64,000 nucleotides of DNA, taken from contig OZ037767.1 of the NCBI GenBank assembly GCA_964035545.1, forward strand, positions 8,752,581 through 8,816,580, read 5' to 3'. Origin of the DNA: Bugula neritina (Eukaryota > Animalia > Bryozoa). Below, in pieces: positions 47,287 through 62,100 of the stretch (position 1 is the stretch's first letter; the number at the start of each line of letters is the position of its first letter). The position numbers and the translations under genes are program-made. Below the pieces are notes generated by a model. The model had not been told where the DNA came from. It made no database searches and was given only the letters and a program-made list of their open reading frames with translations.

Positions 47287-50200
47287 ATGGCTGCATCTAC
47301 AATGCCCATCCTAGCAGCAATAGCGGGTGGTTTATTAACCTATCTACTCATCAAGTGGCTAAGGGTAAGTGACTCATGCTATTCTATTTGGTTAGCAAGT
47401 GCTGCAATGTGCAAACTAATATAATACACAAACCAATTCATTAAGTTGCCAATTCACTGCATGTCTTTCATAGGATCCTTTAAGGAAAATACCAGGTCCT
47501 AGAGGGCTGCCATTATTTGGCAATGCACTCTCTATCAACCCAAAACAACTTCACATGATACTATATGACTGGGCAGAGAAATATGGAGATATTATGAAGA
47601 TATCACTATTCAACACCCCTATGGTGGTGGTCAATTCAACTGAACTGGCCTATGATGTTTTAGTGAAAACTGGTAAGGTTTTTACAGCTATAGTAACTAT
47701 TGTATACGGTTCAGAAACGCTTGATATCTTCCAACTTATATAATGTTTCTCATAGAGCAACTTAAATGCAAATCCCAGTTTCATTACACGCGAACTATAA
47801 TGCTTTTGCAAGAATCATCTTGATACACTGAAGATATAAATACATTTCTGATAAGTTATACTGATAAGTTATACTGATAAGACACCTTTTTTCACAATAT
47901 AGTACAGTGTTGCAGCCTTCGCATAGCAATTCGCCTATATAGTAGCGGCTATAGCATACTTGCTCTACCTAGTCAGAAGTTTTGCCTATTTGTAAGCATT
48001 AAAGCATAATTTTTAATTTTGGCACCTGTTTGCTCATGTCAAGTCAGCCTGCGTGTAAAAAATTGATTTTGAAACCAAATAGAATCCAAGGTTATATAAA
48101 AACTGCCAAAATACTTCAAATAATAATTGTGAGAGAGGTAAACGTGATTATGCAGTCAATTTTACAGTCTTTACTAGCGCAACTGTACCCACCATATAAT
48201 ACAATTTGTTAAATATATGCCAGTATAGTGAGTATATGCATGCTATGAACTGAATATTATATTGTAGTATGTGATACATTAGCAAATATAACATTTAACA
48301 GTGACTAACTACAACAGCATGTATTATAATTTATAATACATGTATCATAATCTATAAAGTCTAGATTTTTCCTATGTTCATGTGAGCAATTAAAAGTGGT
48401 TCAATGTTATTATGTTGATTTTGAATCTATAATATTTTTCGAAATAAGGCACAGACTTTCAAGGAAGGCCGTCAAGCGTAAGAACTGACAGAGTAATGGG
48501 CAAAGATCTGGCTTTTCAGGCAAGCAAAGTGTCTAAATTAATATTTTAATATATTTTTGTTAAAGCTACACAAAGTCGTTGTAATTTCTTGCTTCGTCAA
48601 AAGATAATTAATAACTTATGCAAATACTTCAAGTTTCAAATCTTTACTGAAATGAATTACATAAGACATTAAAAACTCGATTAGTTATTGTGCTTAGAAA
48701 TTATTTTTAAAAAGCCAAAGAATGTAACCTAATACTCTTTATAAGTTTGAAACTTTGTTTTAAGTTCCAGTTTTAGTAAGTAGCAATAAGTAAACTTCTT
48801 TATTTTTTCTAATATTATTGTGCAATATTTTTATATTCCAAAATGGTAGCCTAAAAAATTTGCTTACTCTGTAGCCACTACCAGCATTGGACCTTGAAAT
48901 ATCAGAATTTTAGCTCTTATCAAACAAAGTGATTACCTACAATATTATACCCATTTATGTATATTCATAAATCACTAGGCTAATTAGTTTAATAAATGGA
49001 ACATTTCAGTCAATAGATGATGAAGGCTACCAACAGAGAAGGAACTTAGCTATAAAAGCACTCAAGGGATACGGGGATGGAGTGGCTCATCTGGAGAATT
49101 TAATTCAAGACATTACCACCACATTAGTTGATGACATCACAAAACAAGATGGCCACCCTATTGACACTGACCAACTCGCCTATGGATTTCTTTGCTGTGT
49201 AATGGCTTCTGTGGTATGCTGAAACAAGCAAATGCTTTTACATACATCATATTTTTACAAGATATGTCTAAAACTAAGTACACATATGATAAATAAATAT
49301 CTAAAATAGATCTTAGTGTAGCATTTAGCTTAAAGTGAATGGTATATTTATAATCAACGACATTATAAGAATTAATGTTTATTATTTAGCAGGAAGCAGC
49401 TATGGTCTAGGGGTTAGAGTGTTTGGCTTAGCAAACACAAAGTCATTGGTTTAATCCCAGTAAAGGCCATTGGTGACGTTAGGAAGTGCATTTAGTCATA
49501 ATTACTCCTGTGCCACATAAAAATGAATAAGTTCTTAGCCCGCTTTAAAAAGCCCCTTCAATCATAGGTTCTCACAGGGATGGCGACTATAAATTTGCGT
49601 GTGTGAGCTTTTATTTATTTAGCAGCTATTTTGCTATTGTACTGCATGCTTTTCAGTTGTATGGTGAGCATTATTCCTACGATGACCCTGTTTGCCAGTC
49701 CATCAGTGAAATGACCAGAGAGGTGATGATAGCCACAGCTCCAGTCTCAGTTGGTGAAATACTGGACAAGTTTCCTATCCTGTTCAAACAGAAACTACTT
49801 TTGAAAAAGTCCCAGGAACAAATCATCAAAGCTCGTCAGCTTGTAGATAAATTTCTCTACCAGAAGATTGCAGCCTATAAAGTTAGATATATGATTAATC
49901 TCACCCGGTGTTTGCTTTCAGTATTTGATGAGTAGAATAAAATGAGCAGAAAAATTAATGATTATTAAGATATTTTTGGATTTTTATAAATAAATTACAT
50001 TAGTAATTATATAAGCTTTGGAAAACTTGGATGCAATTTACATTAAATGTTTAGTTGACCAGCTACAAATTCAAACACATTTTGAACAAAAGCAATTCTA
50101 AACCAGCATACAAATATTTTTTATTTATGTACAGTCATAGCAAAAATAAGGGCTGTATAATAAATATTTGACTGACGTTTAATGATTTGGTAAACAAGTT

Positions 50201-52277
50201 ATTATGAGGCTAAATTAATTTAAGTACACAATTTGTCACTACAGGCTGAGTTTGATGAGAACTGTCTAAAGGGAATATTGGATCAGCTAATCTTGATTCA
50301 GAAACAAGAAGTTGGTACAGATGACCCAGTTATGGATGATGATGCAATTCGGGGCACAATGCTGAATTTCGTAGTAGGAGGTGAGCTACAACACAAGTTT
50401 GGTAAATGTGTAATTTTATTAACTGATCATTCATCACACTAGTCATTTTGATCTTGAAAGAAGGATTTAAATTAACTATAAGCAATTAAAGTTGCGCATC
50501 TTTAATTTAATTAATAACACTGTCTTAGTTTGCCTATATATACTGTTATTTATATTAGCATGTTAGTTTTCTAGCATGCAAATCTTTTCTTAAAACTAGG
50601 CATTTATCACTTTACTTGAATGTTACCATTTTTAAGTAATTGAAATTGGCCTGTAAAAATTATACAATTAGAAATTGCAAGCAGTCAAACTTATAATTTT
50701 TTATTTCATAGCAGAGATGCAATTTTGAAATCTCTAACATTTTGTATTAGAAAATAGTTGAACCCTTAGTTGTGCTACACATAGACAAGTTAAAAGCTTG
50801 ATTTTGCAATATGTTTTGTAGGAATGGAGACGAGTCATTCTGTACTCTGTCAGGCTTTTCTTGATTTCCTCCATGAACCAGATTTACAGAAGAAACTTCA
50901 AGATGAGATTGACAGTCAGTTTGAACCATCTCATATCATAACTCTGAAAGATAGGTGCGAATGTATTGTGTATTGCAGTCATTGCGATATATTATGCATG
51001 CAATATCTTATAGTGGCAATCATATGCATGTAGTATGGTGAAAGTATAGCTGTTTATTATTCATATCGCCTGAAGTTTCGATACTTTCACATAGACCTAA
51101 GCTGCCTCTACTGCAAGCATACATTCATGAAAGTTTGCGGTACAAGACGGTTACACCGATACTGCTTCCACATGAGACCATTAGAGACACAGAGCTTGCT
51201 GGATACAAGGTACTGATATATACATATATTTAGCCTGGTCAACTACATGAGATACAATTAAATTAAATTTAATTTCATCAGTATATTTGAACAATTTTAA
51301 TTTAGGATATTAAATTATTACTATCACCGCCATACAGAGTTGATTAAAAAACTGTTTTTGACAGTTTTTTAAGTTTTGTTTGAAGTGTCTACTTTTAACA
51401 GACATTTTGCTTAATAACCAAAACTATATTATTTTCAATAAAATCTTTTCCATCATATAGAGTGTGAGAAGAGGCTCATTCAAGTCAGATTAAAAATATT
51501 ATTGAAATTAGGTGTTATAAACTAATAAATGAATCCTGTGGGTTTTAACTTCGCAATAAATATCTTATTACTAGCACTTTACCTGCATGTACGGAAAATA
51601 CTAAAACCTGTACTTCATTTTATTTTTAGATACCCGCTGGAACCACTGTACTGATGAATGCCTTCTACACAGCTCACAACCCCCGTGTTTATGATGAACC
51701 ATTCAAAGTGAAACCAGAGAGATTTCTTGATGAGAATGGGAACCTTGTACCACCAGGTCATCCTGCTAGATACAAGTGTGTGCTATAAACATATTATTTT
51801 TCTATTTTGGTGCATTTATGTTTATACAGAATTCATTTAAAAAGTGCTCCACATTCTTGACTCCTGATAATATTTAATTTAAAATGCTAAATACAAGTGT
51901 GTGTTATAAACCTGTACTATCTTTGAAAGAAATACAAACATTTTGTTATTGTGTGAAATGGTAAATCAATGCTTCATATTAAAAGTTTCTGATAACCATA
52001 TAACCTCAATCTTTGACTGATACAGGTAATTGGTCATGAACTTGAAAGACAGCCTTGGTTCATTATTTGTAGCTCTATATCATTTGGAAGTGGAAAAAGA
52101 GGCTGCATTGGAAAGAGCTTAGCTGAAACACGGATCTTCTTGTTTCTAGCCAACATTCTGCAAAAATTTGCATTAGAGCCTGTTGGAGAGCTACCAGACC
52201 GAGATCTCAGGAAATATGAGTTGGAAATAGTACTGAGACCTCCTAAAGTTTTTACTAAATTCATCAGACGACAGTAG
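47287..52277 (+). CDS. Cytochrome P450 CYP-3, 503 aa; exons 47287-47364, 47474-47672, 48449-48519, 49010-49213, 49657-49881, 50245-50380, 50822-50954, 51095-51209, 51630-51775, 52073-52277
   Basis: PGPRGLPLFGN, GGMETS, ESLR, KPERF, FGSGKRGCIG; intron 3 has a GC donor (48520). Confidence 0.93.
49395..49590 (+). mobile_element. Degenerate tRNA-headed SINE
   Basis: A/B-box-like tggtctagggg and ggtttaatccc, followed by ggtgacgttaggaagtgcat, which resembles a conserved metazoan SINE core as I recall it. Confidence 0.45.
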
Positions 52278-53656
52278 GGTCACCTCTAAGTATGTAAGGT
52301 ATATAGGACACATATAAAACGTATCAGTAGAATACCACAATAATTATATCCCTGACAGCTATTAAGAGGTATACTGCAGGAGATATAAGAGCATGGCCAG
52401 ATATACTACCTCCATGTTATGGTAGGGAACTGATTAAAACTTAAATACACTTGTAGAAATGAATGAGTTTAGTAAGATTGATAAAATTGAGATCTGCTAT
52501 AAACAGAAATAAAGTACTTGTAAAAAACATGAAATATGCTATTGCTGTTGACTAAAATGTTGTGTTGGTGTTAGAAAAGGTAAGACTGCGGTTTTTTCAT
52601 GCAACTTGCAAAATAAAAGCAGTTAATTATAATTATTTTCTTAGTTATTGCGGTTATTGTTAATACATATTAGTTGATAGAAACTTTATGCAAAATCCAC
52701 TAATACTTTGATCAAGTCTAAGAATAAATAAAACAAAAAATTATTCACACTTTCAGAAGTGTTCAGACATACTGTAAGCAATATTATATTTATAATAAAC
52801 AGTATATATATTTATAAATAACAATACATTTGTTTCTCAAGAACTAATCATGCATACATATCAATATGAATACAACTGACATTAGGGTAAAACAATTCAA
52901 TTCAAGTGTACATTGATCAAAATACTGACAAATTTTAGTCAAATAAAGCTGCACATATTATGCTATAACTGATACTTAACTTTTATGGCACATGTTCCTT
53001 TGCATACTCACACGTCTTAGGTTTTATTTGTGCAAAAATTATGTATGCATGCAATAACTTTGTGGTGGATAAATGGTGGATTATCTCCGAGCTGCATTTC
53101 TAATAATGAAGTGCAATAAGAAAGTGTAACTATAGGTTGGTGATCTGGAAAGTAGATGACATGTATGATTATTATGGTAAAAAAAATCCCCAATAAAACA
53201 CATGGCATCATTGTTACATCATCAGGGCAACAAAGCTGCCAATGAAACAAATTGAGTGAATAAAAGTTGCACTGCAAAAATGGTATTGATTTCACAAAGC
53301 TGAGAAAGGCTTAAATAATAAGAATATAGATAACCTTTTACAATAATGCCACGGAATTAGATAAAACAATTTATTTTTTTGCTTTTATTGTCATACCAAA
53401 ATCAGGTAAAACACATATAATTATATTGTAATAAAATAAATATATAGCGTCTAACTGGGAAAGGTCTATTTGCAATGACACCGTGTATTAAGGATTTACA
53501 AAATTTGAGTATAGGAGAGTTATGTTTGTTTGTTTGTTTTTATTTTGTCGTAGTCGGGAAAAAATTAATAGAGAAAAAATAAACAAAATGACAGGGCCTA
53601 TGGCGCAATAGCACTGTAGCTAGTCGAGGCACCGAGCCATGAATGGTTGACAGTTA

Positions 53657-55413
53657 CAGTGCTGTGAAAAAGTTTAAGGATGCCTCCCTGTTTTCCATAA
53701 AGGCAATGTTTCAAGGTAATTTTAAGACACAACTAATGCATTTCCATAGGCATGGTGCCTATCAAAAAGATCCTTAAGATCTCCTTATCTCATTCATATA
53801 AATTATAAGCGTCTTTTTTTACATCCTCTAAAAATTAGGGTAAAACAATGAGATACTATGCATATATGGGAATTGTTCAATGTTCTCACAATTTGTGTGT
53901 ACTGTAGGACATCAGAATATTTTACTTGAAACATAGAAAAATATTATATGTGATGTGTTATACACATTATAGCAGCATTGCAACAAACAGTGCTTTAAAT
54001 TTTAGTATCTATTTTTGTTGGCCAGCCTTTATTCTCAATCACAGGTCGACAGCGACGAGGCATCGACTTGTACAGCTTCTCCAACTCCTTTTCAGTCACG
54101 ACATGATGCCATGCATGAATTACAGGCTCTATGAGTGTCACCTTAGTTGTTGGCTTCTGTGAAGAGACTATTTTAGCCATTCTTGACCATGAATTTCTTA
54201 TTGGGTTCAAGTCCCGGCTTTGTGCTGGCCAGTTAAGCGTTGAGACCCTCTGCTTTTTTATCCACTTTTTAACAGTTTTTGCCCAATGGCATGATGCATT
54301 GTCATCTTCAAATATTTTAATTTCATTTAAAAAGAAGTTTTTTATGATTGGAAGATGTTTAGCATTAAGATTCTCCATATATTTTTGAGCATTAACATCA
54401 TTCCAGAGCAATTACTGAGTCGACCTACACTTTTTTGTGTTATGCAACCCCAGAACATAACACCGATAGAGTGCTTAATTGTTCGAAGAATATATTAGGG
54501 GTTATATTTCTCATACTGGTATCTTTTGACACAACAGTTTCTATCATGATTGTTCACATAAAATATGGATTCATCTGAAAAAATTACTTTTTTTCTAATC
54601 ATTCACTGTCTAATTACCAGGCTCCCTGGCTTTTTTGCTGCTTCTCGGTTGGTTGAGGCTTCCTCTTGCTTTGCGGCCATGTAAACTATAGCTCAGCAAT
54701 CTTGCCTTATCAGGGATGTTGAAGCTGGTCTTCCTGTTGATTCTGACTATTCCTTGTCTACTCAAGACTTGTTTTATGGCAATCTTTCTTGCTGATCCCA
54801 ATGAGAACCTTGTCATCTCTAGGTGTGCTTATTTTTGGTCGGCCATTTTCAGGTCCATCTGCTACACTACCGGTGTCCATAAATTTCTTGATAATTTGAT
54901 GTACAGTTGTCTTTACTTTGCTAACCTTTTCAGATATTTTCCTAATTGAATAACCTTCTTTGTGCAAGAAAATTATTACAAACTTTGTCTCTGAAGGAAG
55001 ATTTACAACTCTCATTTAGTCTATGGGCAGCACCCAAGTGGACACCATGTAAAAGCTCACAGCTAAATGACATATTTAAAATTATAAAAGAAAGTTATAC
55101 TTTATGATATCATGATGCCATGCACAAAGTCAAATTTCACTATTTAGCCTTTTGTGGTTATAAAAGTCGATAAACTTTGGTTACATAAAAATACAGGAGT
55201 TGCGCTTCCCTAGCTGCCTGTGCAGTTGGCCCAAAAATGGGTAGAAAATATCACAACAGCAAGAATTTAAAAGATGGAGATTGTAGAGCACATCCTAAGG
55301 GTCATTTTGATATATAGAACTTGCAGGAAAATATTAAGAACTTACAAGAAATGCCTATTAAACAAGATACATAGAAATTTCTGCAAGCGTCCTTAAACTT
55401 TTTCACACCACTG
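53657..55413 (-). mobile_element. Tc1-like transposon, inactive
   Basis: TIRs cagtgctgtgaaaaagtttaagga / tccttaaactttttcacaccactg, TA TSD; frameshifted transposase 55015 to about 54000 with HTH-GRPK, FSDES, DDNASCH, and DLNPIRN (catalytic E lost). Confidence 0.93.
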
Positions 55414-56869
55414 TATATAAGATTTTTGTTTAGGTTTTTGGAAAGTTTTTTAGCAACTCAAAGAGTATTATTTTTTTATCTGGAAATTTGCAACACTTTT
55501 ACTGATAAGCTAATCAAACATGTCACATTGCATGATCCTCATTAGAACTGAAATAGAAGAGTTTTGGGTAGATTTTCAATAAACTATAAAAGAGTTGTGA
55601 CTATATACCTAAAGTTAAGAAAGGTCAGATTATAGAGAGAAGGCCAGGATTTCTGAAAGCATAGCTTTAGTGTAATGAAATCTTTATGGAAGCTGTCACT
55701 TCTATGATAATCACTAGACCAAAGAAGCTATTATTTGGTAGAAATAAGTAATGCTCAAAGTTTAAATCAGCAAAGTTCTAATAAGTCATCGCCTAAATTA
55801 GTAAAAAGATGTCATAACAGTTGATTGACAAAATGTTTATGTTTATCCAAAAAATAGATAATAAATGAAAAATGCTATCAGCATAGAAATAGTAGATGAA
55901 GAAACCTGTTATCAAAGCAGCTTCTCTGCAAGTACAGTCTTAGTACATCAGTTGCTTTTATTGAGAATAAATACAGCAGGCGTAATAAATCAAGGTAGTA
56001 TTTAAAAGATTATAATATAAATAATGTGATTGGGAAAACTATAGTTAATTAAATTGCAATGGCTGATTTAAGTCATTATTTGACATTCTGACAATAACAA
56101 TAAATCGACATTCTTGTGTGCCACGCCTGTGATATGAGAAATGACAACTTTTAGTATTTATTGTGACTATTACATGAATTAGATATTTGCAACCATAAAT
56201 ATGAACTTATCTAGTTTTAAATCCTACATTAATTATTCATCTGTTAAAGGCTTTAGAACTATGTTTAATCAGTTTCCTAAACTATAACAACTAAGTGACA
56301 AAATGTCTTCATTTTCCTTTGTAGAAAAATCTACTGAAATTATAGATGAAAAAATCACTAGAGTAAAATTCTATAGCAAAGCATCATATTACTTCATATG
56401 TTCTTTATAGCCAGTTTAGAATATGCTCTAACTAAAATGAAGAGCTATATAATACTTGTACATTCCTTTGAAATTTCACAGCAATTATAAAGTATACACA
56501 CACGCACACGCACACACGCACACACGCACACACACATAATGCAAATATATAAATATTACGCTGTTATGTGATTTGCTGAACTATGTTTTGAAAACGAGAA
56601 ATTTACGTTTATTATTAGGCAGTTATCTAGGCAGATAAACTAATGGTAATATTGTCTTGCAGCACGAGTACTTGCTATGAGCCTATTACTATATATTGGC
56701 TAGTGTTGGCAATTGATAACCAATTGTGATATTTAGCAACCTGTCAGTCTCAACAAGTGTATGACGTTGTGAAGTTCACTTCTACCAGTACAGCAAGCAG
56801 TCTAGCTATCTAGTTAGAGTTCAGCTACTTCACTTTAAGTTAAAAGTGTGGAACTCTAGCGACAGCAGA

Positions 56870-59023
56870 ATGGTGTTGACTACCGCACCTGTGCTAATTG
56901 CAATAGCATTAGTGTTGCTAGCTTACTCGTTTCTCAGATGGCTGAAGGTAACTTGATCAAACGTAACTAGAAACTTGAAAAGCTAGAAATACGGATGCCT
57001 GGCTTTATATAACAGAGAGTATTAGAATTAGCTCACATGAAAAGTCTCAGGAATATATTTTGTTAATTTAGTTGCACAAAGAAGCTAAAGCTTCATATTG
57101 CATAGTCCTTCAAAGGATTCTATCAAGTAGATTTGATCATGTTGTGTGATGTGATAACCAGAAGGTTTATGGCAGTTTAAGTTTAATTTATCAAAACATA
57201 AATTAATAGCCACAGAAGTTCGCCATTTAGCAACATTTTAATCTAAATTATTTAGTGTAAAAAGAAATTGATCATTGGTTTCCTGCTATCATAGCATGCC
57301 AAGCAAATGAGGGATATATATATATATAGAGTTATATGTATATATTGCTTATACATGTATAAGTAATAGCTGATGTTACAATTCAGGATCCACTGAGAAA
57401 GATACCAGGTCCAAGAGGGCTACCATTCATAGGTAACACATTATCTGTTGATCCAACAAAACTTCACATGATATTGTATGACTGGGCAGAGAAATATGGA
57501 GATATTATGAAGATTTCACTATTCAACACTCCTATGGTGGTTGTTAACTCAACTGACTTAACTTATAAAGTTCTTGTGAAAACTGGTAATTACAATTGTA
57601 TGAATTTTACAATGCATTGTGGTATGTATTTATCATTAAAACATAAGATGAGCCAATTTAACGTATTTATAGCTGAGCACAGGACTTTTACTAAAAATTC
57701 AGTTTCTTTTAGAATTTGATTGTTTAATTTCTCTAATTGTTTTCTGTATTCTAGTTATCAGTTTAGTAGGTTTTATGACTTATTTAAGGCACAGACTTTC
57801 AAGGCAGACCACCAGTTGCACTGGCAAAAACGGTGATGGGTAAAAATCTAGCTTTTAAAGTGAGTTCTGGCAGGTAGAATAATTAGTCCATTATAGTCAT
57901 GCATTGGCTTAACTTGTTGAAAAAAGTCACTATTAGATAAAGCAGTTTCTGCTAAATGCTGAGACACTAGAAATACATGTTGTTATTTCTAGCTTACAGA
58001 TATCGAATGGAACTGTATATACCTCTTTCACAATTTGCTTTACTATATAACTTATTAAGATATCTAATCTATATATTGTTGCAACAACAGCGAATTTTTG
58101 AAATTTATTTTGTAATCTGTTGGAAAACTTTCAGTCAATTGACGATCCTGGATATCAGCAAAGAAGACACTACGCTATTAAAGCAATCAAAGCGTACGGT
58201 GAAGAAGTAGCTCACCTCGAGGATATAATACAAAGCATTACAATCACATTGATTGATGACATCACAAAACAAGATGGCCGACCTATGAATGTTGATCAGC
58301 TCTGTTACGGATTTCTCTGTTGCGCGATGGCTTCTTTGGTATGTTTAAAAGGTGCAATGGTGGTTAAAATAGCTAATTGGAGTTGCATCAGACTTATTTA
58401 GCTAAAGTGATTATGACTGAACAATAAAACAATATCTTTTTAGCTGTATGGTGAGGAGTATACACATGATGATCCAGTGTGCCAGTCCATTAGCAGGATG
58501 ACGAGAGAAACGTTGGAAGCAATAAATCCCGTGTCACTTGGAAGTCTTTTAGACAGCCTCCCTGTTTTGTTTAAGCAAAATTTCTTTCTCAAAGAGACCC
58601 AGAAGCAAATTCGGCAAGCACAGAAATTTGTGGATGAGTCACTTTACAGGAAAATTGCAGAGTATAAAGTGAGTTATAGAGAAATGTATAGTCTTGAAAG
58701 TTTATTTATATGTGCATACATCATGTTCATAGAGATGGAAGTTGGAAATTGCTGCAACAAACATATATCACTATACAAGTTTTTGTGAATGTAACAAAAA
58801 ATTAATTTCATAAGATGAAATATTGATGTAGTCATCGAGTATTAAAAGTTGTTAAAAGACAAGCAATTTTTGCAGCTACTCAAATGATTTTAAAGCAGTT
58901 CAAGCAATATTTTAAAAAATACTGATATTTACTTAAAATATATAATGGGAAGCTGATGATGAGTATCTGCTTCCAAGAATTTGTCACCACTTGAATTTTA
59001 ATAGCTTGAGAGTACTTATATAT

Positions 59024-59119
<96 letters not shown>

Positions 59120-62100
59120 TACTCTTTGTATTGAGTTTTGGGATTTGGATTTCCATTCATGTTTAATGATGCAAACGTTGTGATTACAAATACTATAATT
59201 TGTCACTACAGGCTGAGTTTGATGAAAACTGTCTGAAGGGAATACTGGATCAGCTGATCTTGATTCAAAAACAGGAAGTTGATACGGATGACCCAGTTAT
59301 GGATGATGGCGCAATTCGTGGCATTCTGTTAGACTTCATGGTGGGGGGTATGTAAAGTTAAATTAAATACTGACTAGTTAGATTGGAATTAACTCAATAT
59401 TCCTCCTTTTTATTACAATATGGTTCATTGTTGTTGCCTTTCAGCTATACTCAGAAATTGTATTAGGTAGCACCAGGTTGGTTTTTAGTGACAAGGGCGT
59501 ATAGAAGCCAAACCCTTGTATAAAGTAATTTTACCTCTACTAGAATTCGAACTTGAGACCTCCGAGACCATTACACCACGGTGACCATTAGGTAAACTGA
59601 AAACTACATCCCACTCAGTTCTCATGTACTCTATTGGCCTCTTTACTACTTCTTCAGGCTTTAGGCTCCCCCTGGCCTCTCAACTCCTCCGGAGTTTTAC
59701 TACACTTCACTAAAAGCCGAAATAGTTTATAATAAAATAATTTTTTCCTTATTACAGATTTTTTTTCTGTTTTGAATGTGGTATGGTTTGTGTCAAAAGT
59801 CTGTCTCAATGCAGCTGTTAGTCAAGTACACAAATTTTCACCAACAGGATATCAAGATGTGCAAGCAGTGTGTTTGAATATTTCACACCATCACTTATTA
59901 CTGCGCACAGAACTATCAGCCTAGATTGTGCGCAATCAAACAGTGGTAAAAAAGAAATTGTTTAAACCAAATGGTAAACCCTATGATTTAATGATTTTAT
60001 CTTAGTGGTATCAGCATATTGATTGCAAAACTTGAAGAAAATTATAGCTCTAACAAAAGAATGGATCAATGATTCAACTAAGCAGGTTGACAACATGAGA
60101 TCGTGCAAACTGCAAAATTAATTCCTAAGCAAATTTCTACAACAAAGCAACATTAACAAATTCTCTTAGTGAGTTAAAGGGAAAAGTCAAAATGCTTGCC
60201 AAAAATATATGTTGTGGCATGCACAAACAGCTAACATACAGTGTTTCTACATATTAACGTGAGACTGACAAAAGTACCATCCAAATTCTCAATAATATTG
60301 CCAATGCAAAATCAAGCAGCCAAAAGTAATATTTCAAAACCTCTCTTGGTAAACAGGCATAGTTAATTTCAGACTGAGGTGTCCCTAACACGTGTAACAC
60401 AGTAGACAACAGCCATTTAGAAAAGATTGATTATTGGCCGCTATCTATTAATTATGACAAAAAACACAAAAGTCTTTAGAAGTGCAATATGGTGATAGCA
60501 ATATGTAACGTTTTACTTTATCACACTGTATTGGTATGCCACCAATCATTGAAGCTTTCTTGCTTTATTAATACATTCATCAAAAACTATTCCTAGCTGG
60601 CAGTGCTGTTGCTATAGTTCACTGTCCTTAGTACAGCACAGGTCAGTGTGTTCTGATCAAGCAGCCGCAGAGGAACATTTATTAACTTCCCTCTTTCAAC
60701 AAACGGCTCACTACAACATTAAATGAACACACAATTTTATACTCTAACATTTACACTCTGAATAGACCACCGGTTTTGACATTGGGATGACAAAGAATCT
60801 TATCTGTGCATCAACATTGTAAGTTTCACTTGGGTTACAATAGCTAATGTCATCTTGTTTGTATCTGCGCTGTTTTCATGTTGTTTGTCTGACTTTCTGA
60901 TTTATATTGTTACTTACAGCAGTTTATATAATTTCTATTTTTCCCATCATATTTCAAGGGTACGATTCGATAGTCAATAAACTTAAGGACCTGTTGCCAA
61001 GTTGGCTAATAGATAAAGTAGATCACAATCTTAGTCATCCGAACACTGTCACAAACCTGATACACACACATTGTCTTTTTCAAATATTAGCATATTACTT
61101 TTATATGGTATTCACGAGCTAACAAGTTGTGTTCCTTTAGTTCAACACTAGGAACGTTATATGTACTTTTTGTATGAATGTATTCTACACTTAATGTCTT
61201 AGAAGAGAAGTGCTATGACATGTGTTTACATTTATATCCAATGAAAAGCTGTACATTCACTATTAATTGAGAGTCATCCGCCCATAAACTGCTTACTACT
61301 CATAGCTTAGAGTTATCTTAAACTGGAACTGGATAACAAGCAAATGTACAAGGCAAAATTAGCAAATGTACAAGGCTAAACAGTACTCAATACAATGTAA
61401 TACCATACCGACATGTTTTGTAGGAATCGAGACTAGTCATTCTGTAATCTGTCAGGCTTTCCTTGATTTCCTCCATGAACCAGATTTACAGAAGAGACTT
61501 CAACATGAGATTGACAGTCAGTTTGGCTCATCTCATGTCATCATGTTAAAAGACAGGTACTTAATTTTATTATTGACTTAAAAAACAAATTAGAAGATCT
61601 ATTTAATGGCTTAGATATAGCAAAGATTGTTGCTTTGCATGTTTATTTTCAGGCCAAAGCTGCCATTGCTGCAGGCATACATATATGAGAATCTTCGGTA
61701 CAAAACAGTGTCTCCTATACTGATTCCACATAGGACTATTAGAGACACTGAACTTGCAGGATACGAGGTAAAAGATTAAAAGTTACTGAAAATATGTAAA
61801 AGATTTGCATTAGATTCTTTTCACATGTCTATGCTACTCAAGTGTTGATTTAGAGTTGTAATACCATAATAGTACACATTTCACATAGTATTTTAAAACA
61901 GACACCTCAAAGTGTCATAGTTTAGCTATTATATGCAAAGTTAAGCTATGTTGACAGAAATAATAAGTTGCCTTTATACAGTGTAGATATCTGCAGAATC
62001 ATGTTGACATAAAACTATATTACACCTTTGGAGTTGTATACCCAACAGAATTAAATACATGTGCATTTTGTTTACACATAACTTCAATCAATCCATCAAC

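Noticed and set aside
58880-59206. 108-aa IYIYIY ORF
   Set aside because: (TA)n microsatellite.
59780-61120. Coding-like composition in CYP-4 intron 6
   Set aside because: No sustained frame, motif or consistent splice model found.
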